Of a stretch of DNA of 64,000 nt, positions 58,491 through 64,000 are shown piece by piece. How positions within the stretch are numbered: position 1 is the stretch's first letter; every line of letters begins with the position of its first letter. This DNA is from an uncultured Candidatus Saccharibacteria bacterium (GTDB lineage: Bacteria > Patescibacteriota > Dojkabacteria > GCA-016699595 > JBAXKR01): positions 11,820-75,819 of the forward strand of contig CAYSFE010000001.1 of NCBI GenBank assembly GCA_964430225.1, read 5' to 3'. A program made the translations under genes and the position numbers. Under the pieces are notes generated by a model. The model was given only the letters and a program-made list of their open reading frames with translations, ran no database searches and was not told where the DNA came from.

Positions 58491-58724
58491 TTATGTACCT
58501 CCTCCCCCAAATCCTGCTGGCTTCTGGGTATTTGGCCCACTTCTTTTTTGAAGAGCTCTAGCAAATCTATTCATACTCTCCTCATCTTTTCCTGGAAATA
58601 ATTCATGCTGTAATCTTTTAAGATCCATAGGTTTTCCATCAGCATCTATTTTTGGCATAACAGGTGGATTACTAGGATCTCCAACATAGTCTGCTGCTTC
58701 TGCTTCAGGTATTTCTTCTGACAT
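58491..58724 (-). CDS. small hypothetical protein with Gly-rich tail
   Basis: 77-aa ORF ending 'GFGGGGT'. Confidence 0.3.
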   Translation of the reverse strand: MSEEIPEAEAADYVGDPSNPPVMPKIDADGKPMDLKRLQHELFPGKDEESMNRFARALQKRSGPNTQKPAGFGGGGT

Positions 58725-58766
58725 GTTTAATTTCTTAAAAAATAATATAAAAAGTATACTCTTTCC

Positions 58767-59288
58767 CTATTTCATCACAATCTTTTTGTATCCCCATTTG
58801 TTTAGGTCTTTCTTTAAGTCATTGTAAGACTTAGAACAAAGTACTCCTCCCGCTATGAACTTCTCTTGGGTAATATCTTCTAAACAAAAATCTGGTTTTT
58901 TGAAGTTATCTTTTTCTTTTCTTGTCTTAAATTCAAAGTCTATTAATACTAGACCTTTAAGGTCTCCTTGAAATACATCTATCTCAACGGGCTGATCTTT
59001 AAATGTGTAGTAGTATCTTTTCTTTTTGATCGTCTTTCCCTTTATCTTACTTAATGCCATATATTCAGATTCTTTTAAGGATATTGTTTGTTCGAGTTGG
59101 ATGGAAGAGTCTTTTCCCTTAAGTGGTTCTTTCTTTGTTATCTCATACTTATCTCCACTCTTACGTATTCTTAGAGTTAGGTGGTCACTACCATTAGGGA
59201 CATATATGTCTACAATCTCTTTGAATTTAGTTCTGTCTAAATCCCTAGGTAAATATTTAGCTAAGTATGTTAGCTCAAGTTCTATCAT
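58767..59288 (-). CDS. CYTH-domain protein (triphosphate tunnel metalloenzyme)
   Basis: N-terminal 'MIELELTY' (ExExK-type motif) and later charged beta-strand pattern 'LVLIDFEF'. Confidence 0.5.
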   Translation of the reverse strand: MIELELTYLAKYLPRDLDRTKFKEIVDIYVPNGSDHLTLRIRKSGDKYEITKKEPLKGKDSSIQLEQTISLKESEYMALSKIKGKTIKKKRYYYTFKDQPVEIDVFQGDLKGLVLIDFEFKTRKEKDNFKKPDFCLEDITQEKFIAGGVLCSKSYNDLKKDLNKWGYKKIVMK

Positions 59289-59782
59289 GCAATTAAACTA
59301 AAAAGTAGTACTGAGAATGATACTACAAATATTTCAGATATTAAAACACCATTCTTAAGGGAGTAGTGAACAATACCTCTTAAATTTAAATCTTGTTCTT
59401 TAACTAGTTTAGTAAATGAAAATTCATGTGTAGAGAAAGGCATGAATAGGTATAGCCCGGCTCTGACCCCAAAGAGATCCATAAAAAGATGAACAGCACA
59501 AAGACAAAGGATGTACTTAAGATAGAATAGATCTATCCTTAAAGTAGTTTCTAAAAATACTATTATCATGGCAATAAAAATATATACAATAGGGTAGTGG
59601 GTAATATCTTTATGATGATTTAGTAGGTTCCGATAGAGCATATTAATATCAGGAAGATTTGAAAATACTGCTGAGAATAGACAAATATCTCCTAGGTTAA
59701 CAGTACTTGAAACATTTGGATTAAAGTTCCAAAGTGTAGCTCCAATAGCTACTCCTACCATAGTGTGTGTAAGTGTTGTCAT
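59285..59782 (-). CDS. membrane-bound metal-dependent hydrolase (YdjM/DUF457-like)
   Basis: 'MTTLTHTMVG' start with His; multi-TM; His-rich 'HLFMDLFG'. Confidence 0.4.
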   Translation of the reverse strand: MTTLTHTMVGVAIGATLWNFNPNVSSTVNLGDICLFSAVFSNLPDINMLYRNLLNHHKDITHYPIVYIFIAMIIVFLETTLRIDLFYLKYILCLCAVHLFMDLFGVRAGLYLFMPFSTHEFSFTKLVKEQDLNLRGIVHYSLKNGVLISEIFVVSFSVLLFSLIA

Positions 59783-59899
59783 ATATTTTGTTAAAAGATC
59801 TTTTAACCTTACTATATTCCTACACTTTTTTCCATCTGCTTTTCCTTTAACTTAAAATACTGTAGTGTATATATGTATAAATATTAAGATTTTTGTTCT

Positions 59900-60280
59900 A
59901 TGTCTAGACGTAAAAGTATACTTGAATTTAATGCAAAACGAACCCTTCCTGAGAGATTTGCAGATGAAGTTTCCTCATTTGTAGGTAGTTGGAAATTCAT
60001 AGTTTACCAAACTATCTTCATAGTTATCTGGGTAGGATTAAACTCATTTATTCTCTTAGCAGAAAAATTTGATCCATATCCTTTCATATTCTTAAACCTC
60101 ATACTCGCCCTATCTACTGTATATCTCACTCCTTTAATCATGATGAGTCAAAACAGACATGAAGCAAGAAACTCTGTAAGGGATGATGAAGATTTAGAAG
60201 CAGATTTAAGAGGAGAAGCTAATACAGAAAAGATATTAAAAGAGTTAAATGAAATTAAGAAACAACTTGAAAAAAGGTAG
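59900..60280 (+). CDS. DUF1003-like membrane protein
   Basis: 'ERFADEVSSFVGSWKFIVYQTIFIVIWV', two TM helices, coiled-coil tail. Confidence 0.45.
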   Translation: MSRRKSILEFNAKRTLPERFADEVSSFVGSWKFIVYQTIFIVIWVGLNSFILLAEKFDPYPFIFLNLILALSTVYLTPLIMMSQNRHEARNSVRDDEDLEADLRGEANTEKILKELNEIKKQLEKR

Positions 60281-62612
60281 TATTTTAGTATTACTAGTTT
60301 TTGGAATTTTCTTTTTTAGCTTCTCAAGTGTAGAAGCACAACAGTGTCAACCAGGTGGAGGGTGTAATTGTCCAGGAGGATGTGGACAAGCTATATATCC
60401 TCCAGATAGACAAGAATATTGTCCTTGTGGAGATTGGTCATGTTGTGGAGGAGGGGGAGGAGGACCATCAAATAACTTTTCATGTTTAAATAATACATGT
60501 CGAGATGTAGGGAATGGAGACTATTCAAGTAATAGCTGTAATGGTAATTGTGGGATAAGGTGTACTCTAACTCCAGTTGGATCTTCTAACTCAGCATCAA
60601 GAGCATCAAATACAAGAAGTTGTGATATAGGTTTAGGTGTAGGAAATCCAAATAATCCATCATCATACAAAATTGAGTGTAGTGCTGAAGGAAATACAGA
60701 GGGATACGTAAGGAATTGGCAGTTTAGTGAAATATCTAGTGATAACGTAGGAAAGAGAGAATGTAACTTCTCATCTAACTCAACTCCAACATGTCCTGGT
60801 GTATTTAGAGAAGGAGGAAACATTACAATGACATCTAATACTTCTACTAATGGGAATAAAAGTATATTTAGTGCTGATGTAAATATTACATGGCCTGAAG
60901 GTATTGAGTATAGTTTCAATCCCATAAAATTCATGATTACTGATAAACCTGAAAGATGTACCGTAGAAAATTCTAACTGTAAATTACTTACTAGTGTACA
61001 AATAGTAGATACAAAGGGACCGACACTAAGTCGTAATTTTGAAATAGAAAGTGCAAGTAGTTTCATAGTGGAATATAAAGCTAGTGATGCTAGGGATATT
61101 AAATCACACTCATACTTCTGTGGACCAGGTGCTTACTCAGAGGCTACAGGAGGGACATATACTCCTGGAACATATCCATTTGTATCAGAATATCGTCAAG
61201 ATGAAAGTACAGTAATGACTGGTTATCCTGGATCAAATTTTGTAACTAACTATCAAACAGATCCATCATCATCACTTTTCTCTTGTCCTAATGTAAATAG
61301 CACATCAACTTCATTTAATGCTTTGGGAAATAATAGTGCTAACTTCTATCAAAAGAGAACATTTAGTGAAAGTGGAACAGCTGAAGGTAAAACTTTAAAG
61401 GTAACAGGAAATACTGATAGTAGAAGAATAAAGTATTCACTTAAAGATGTGTTTAGTGGACAAGCTAAACCTGTGGAAATTGGATTTGGTAATGGTAAAG
61501 ATGGTTCTGAGTTTGGTAAATGGTACGCTGAAGATGCATGGTGTAATGTAAGCTCAGATCAACTTCCTAAAGGTGTGACTGTCGGTAATCCATGGCTACA
61601 AACAAAAAATGGAAACACATATGTAAAAGGAAAAACAAATAAGTCCTCCCTTAACTATACTATTAATAGAATTACTCCAACATGTACTTCATATTTCACC
61701 TCACAGTCAGGTAAACAAGCATGCCCAGAAAGAAATGATGACTTTGGATCAACATATCTTTTTTCAAGTAAAGAATATTCTACAGGACCACTTCCAAACT
61801 CAATATATACTTCTAAAAATGGCATGAAGGCAACAGACTATGAAAGAGAAAATCTAACTAGTATGTATGACAAAGTAACAAAGATGGTTTCTGATAGCAT
61901 GGAGAAATCATCTTCACCCCTCTTATCTGACTCAACATGTATAGGGGACACAAATGATGGGAACTTAAGAGTGTATAACATACTTTCTAGTGTGTCATAT
62001 AACACTAATACCGGAAATCTTTTATCTCTACTTAAATCAAGTAGTGTTTCTGATTCAACAAGATCAAAGTGTACAACAGGTATGCAAGCATACTTCATAA
62101 AAGGAGACCTTAATCTTGATGGTAGTTTCACTGTAAATAATCCTGGAATCGTATTAGTTAGTGGAAATATAAATATTAACGCGGATATTAAAAAGCTTGG
62201 TGGAGCTGGAGTAAATAGTAGGGGACTCATACTGATTTCTCGAGGAAATATTAATATACTTCCATCTAGCTATAAATCAATAAGTAACAGAAAAGTAGAA
62301 GCTAATGAATTTGAATATCCTCTTTACGATACTATTGAAGCATTTCTAATTTCAGATGGGAGAATATCAACAGTAAAAGATATAGGAACAAATTTAGTAA
62401 ATGATGGACTTAAGATATTTGGTGGAGTAGTTCAAAGTGGGACTAGTATTCAAGACGATAACTATGATCCTTCATTTAATAGGGATCTTGTATTACTTCA
62501 AAACTTAATAGCTCCAAGTGAACAAATTGTATTTGATCCAAGTATAGAAGATATATTTAGTAGTGTACTTTATTCAAAAGGAATTCTATTCTCAATACGT
62601 GAAAGTAAATAA
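60249..62612 (+). CDS. large secreted Cys-rich surface protein (putative adhesin)
   Basis: TM/signal peptide; Cys/Gly-rich block 'CQPGGGCNCPGGCGQ...CCGGGGGG'; about 700 aa Ser/Thr/Asn-rich. Confidence 0.5.
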   Translation: MKLRNNLKKGSILVLLVFGIFFFSFSSVEAQQCQPGGGCNCPGGCGQAIYPPDRQEYCPCGDWSCCGGGGGGPSNNFSCLNNTCRDVGNGDYSSNSCNGNCGIRCTLTPVGSSNSASRASNTRSCDIGLGVGNPNNPSSYKIECSAEGNTEGYVRNWQFSEISSDNVGKRECNFSSNSTPTCPGVFREGGNITMTSNTSTNGNKSIFSADVNITWPEGIEYSFNPIKFMITDKPERCTVENSNCKLLTSVQIVDTKGPTLSRNFEIESASSFIVEYKASDARDIKSHSYFCGPGAYSEATGGTYTPGTYPFVSEYRQDESTVMTGYPGSNFVTNYQTDPSSSLFSCPNVNSTSTSFNALGNNSANFYQKRTFSESGTAEGKTLKVTGNTDSRRIKYSLKDVFSGQAKPVEIGFGNGKDGSEFGKWYAEDAWCNVSSDQLPKGVTVGNPWLQTKNGNTYVKGKTNKSSLNYTINRITPTCTSYFTSQSGKQACPERNDDFGSTYLFSSKEYSTGPLPNSIYTSKNGMKATDYERENLTSMYDKVTKMVSDSMEKSSSPLLSDSTCIGDTNDGNLRVYNILSSVSYNTNTGNLLSLLKSSSVSDSTRSKCTTGMQAYFIKGDLNLDGSFTVNNPGIVLVSGNININADIKKLGGAGVNSRGLILISRGNINILPSSYKSISNRKVEANEFEYPLYDTIEAFLISDGRISTVKDIGTNLVNDGLKIFGGVVQSGTSIQDDNYDPSFNRDLVLLQNLIAPSEQIVFDPSIEDIFSSVLYSKGILFSIRESK

Positions 62613-63603
62613 CTATAAAAAAGGATTTTCATTAATAGCTGTAATGATGATAGTAGCAATCATAGGTATACTAGTTACTTTAATAATTGCATCTACTGTA
62701 ACTGATACTAGAAAGCTTTTAGTAGAAACTTCTAACTTAAGAGCATACTCATTAGCCGAAAACTATTTATCCCAAATAGTATCTAATGATGACAATAAAG
62801 TATTTAGTGATGACCAAAAACTTAAAGACTCTTTTGGAAATACCTGTGAGATAAGGACTGCGGATAAAGATTTTGTATGTTCAGAATTAGGCAGTAATCA
62901 AGACTCACAAGCTATCTGTTCCATAGAATCATCTAAAAGTACATATTCTCTCAAAGTCCCAATAAATGATTCTTTAAAGTTAGGTCTTAAAGGAGCAGAG
63001 CCAACAAATGTAAATTCTTTCATCACTAAGATTGCATTTTCAAATGCAGATGGAGTAATGATCATACTTAAATATTTAGATGGAAGTGGAAGACTAGCAA
63101 ACTATAACTTCACAGTATTTAAAGACAATACATCATATATATTAGGAAACTCTAAAGTAGAGGGGAATAGATTTGTAAGTATAATAGATCCACTAAGTGG
63201 AACTGGATCATCCATAGTACTGTCCTCAGTTAAAGAGGGAAGTAGTACTTTCCTAGATATTGCAAATTCTTCGACTGGAGCATTTGAAATAAATATATAT
63301 AACTTAATAAAAAAGAATTTCATAAACGCATCTGTTTTAGAATCTCTTCAAATAATACCCATGAAGAATACACCCGGTACTGCTTTGTTATCAGTGGAAC
63401 TAGATAAATATCTACCAGCATATGAGTCTCAGTTTAATCTTTACAAGTGTAAGGGAAATGATGGAGGAGAAGGAAATACTTCAGGATTATCATCTGTAGA
63501 ACTTAATGTTTCAATCCCTAAAGAAAAATCTCCATTACCTATTCTTGACTATTCTCTTTACCTTACAGCACCAGAGAATAAAGAGGTATATTTAAGCAAA
63601 TAA
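62599..63603 (+). CDS. type IV pilin-like protein (GTG start; prepilin motif KKG-FSLIA)
   Basis: 'MKVNNYKKGFSLIAVMMIVAIIGILVTLII' is a class III signal peptide with Ala instead of Glu at +5. The ORF track shows a longer ATG-started version that overlaps the previous gene. Confidence 0.45.
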   Translation: MKVNNYKKGFSLIAVMMIVAIIGILVTLIIASTVTDTRKLLVETSNLRAYSLAENYLSQIVSNDDNKVFSDDQKLKDSFGNTCEIRTADKDFVCSELGSNQDSQAICSIESSKSTYSLKVPINDSLKLGLKGAEPTNVNSFITKIAFSNADGVMIILKYLDGSGRLANYNFTVFKDNTSYILGNSKVEGNRFVSIIDPLSGTGSSIVLSSVKEGSSTFLDIANSSTGAFEINIYNLIKKNFINASVLESLQIIPMKNTPGTALLSVELDKYLPAYESQFNLYKCKGNDGGEGNTSGLSSVELNVSIPKEKSPLPILDYSLYLTAPENKEVYLSK

Positions 63604-63676
63604 GTCAAGTGGTAGGTTGCAAAATATCCCTAAACATACTAGCATTGATACACGTTAAATTAATTCTACCTGACTC

Positions 63677-64000
63677 ATGGAAAACAAAAAACAAGCAAAT
63701 ATTCTCGTTGTATTAGCAAGTGTAATAGTAGTCCTCATAGTAGCAATCATCGGAGGTCTATACTTCCTTAATCAAAAGACAGCAAATAGAGCTGGAGGTA
63801 ATAGCACTACATCTACATCTTCATCAACAATAAGTGAAGGAGCTTCTCAAACATCAGCATCAAGTACAAAGACAGCAATCACAAACGAAGAACTCGATAC
63901 CATACAAAAAGATACTACTGATGTAATAAACGCTGTAGATTCCACTTTAAAAGAAATAGATACAATAGATAAAACTAGAGATAATACTCCTAGCCTTTAA
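63677..64000 (+). CDS. membrane-anchored Ser/Thr-rich protein, 3'-truncated at window edge
   Basis: TM helix; continues past the window end. Confidence 0.35.
   Translation: MENKKQANILVVLASVIVVLIVAIIGGLYFLNQKTANRAGGNSTTSTSSSTISEGASQTSASSTKTAITNEELDTIQKDTTDVINAVDSTLKEIDTIDKTRDNTPSL

Noticed and set aside
1-64000. Alternative genetic code (UGA recoding, as in some CPR lineages)
   Set aside because: Multi-kb ORFs (pheT, PBP, topA, clpC) are uninterrupted under the standard code, so UGA appears to be a stop.

Overview
This is an AT-rich bacterial window (standard genetic code; long ORFs are intact), dense with short genes and many lineage-specific hypotheticals. That is consistent with a streamlined, possibly Patescibacteria/CPR-like genome, but the sequence alone cannot prove it.

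Core content:
- The 3' part of rarA, then clpP.
- tRNA-Val(GAC).
- The conserved translation cluster thrS-infC-rpmI-rplT-pheS-pheT.
- A class A PBP, topA, clpC.
- A PadR pair and an OmpR/HK two-component pair with a Spy/CpxP-like periplasmic gene.
- purB-purA.
- A run of nucleotide-metabolism and house-cleaning genes: GTP-cyclohydrolase-II-like, type-2 OMP decarboxylase-like, guanylate-kinase-like, YjjX ITPase, deoxyribosyltransferase/Rcl-like, MazG-like.

Most notable hunt results:
1. A 17-codon leader ORF with 7 consecutive Thr codons plus a hairpin whose loop mimics the tRNA-Thr anticodon loop, directly upstream of thrS.
2. A small defence island abutting the 3' end of tRNA-Ser(UGA). It contains a full LexA (HTH + S24 autopeptidase) fused in-frame to a C5 cytosine methyltransferase, convergent with a PD-x16-ExK restriction-endonuclease candidate, plus a Cas4-like 4-Cys PD-(D/E)xK nuclease, RhuM and MazG. 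Two of these genes end in copies of the same ~65-bp structured element.
3. A promoter-to-terminator bracketed ~109-nt candidate small RNA between convergent membrane-protein genes.
4. A clpC operon ending in a DTGF retropepsin-like protease.

No CRISPR array, integrase or transposase was seen.
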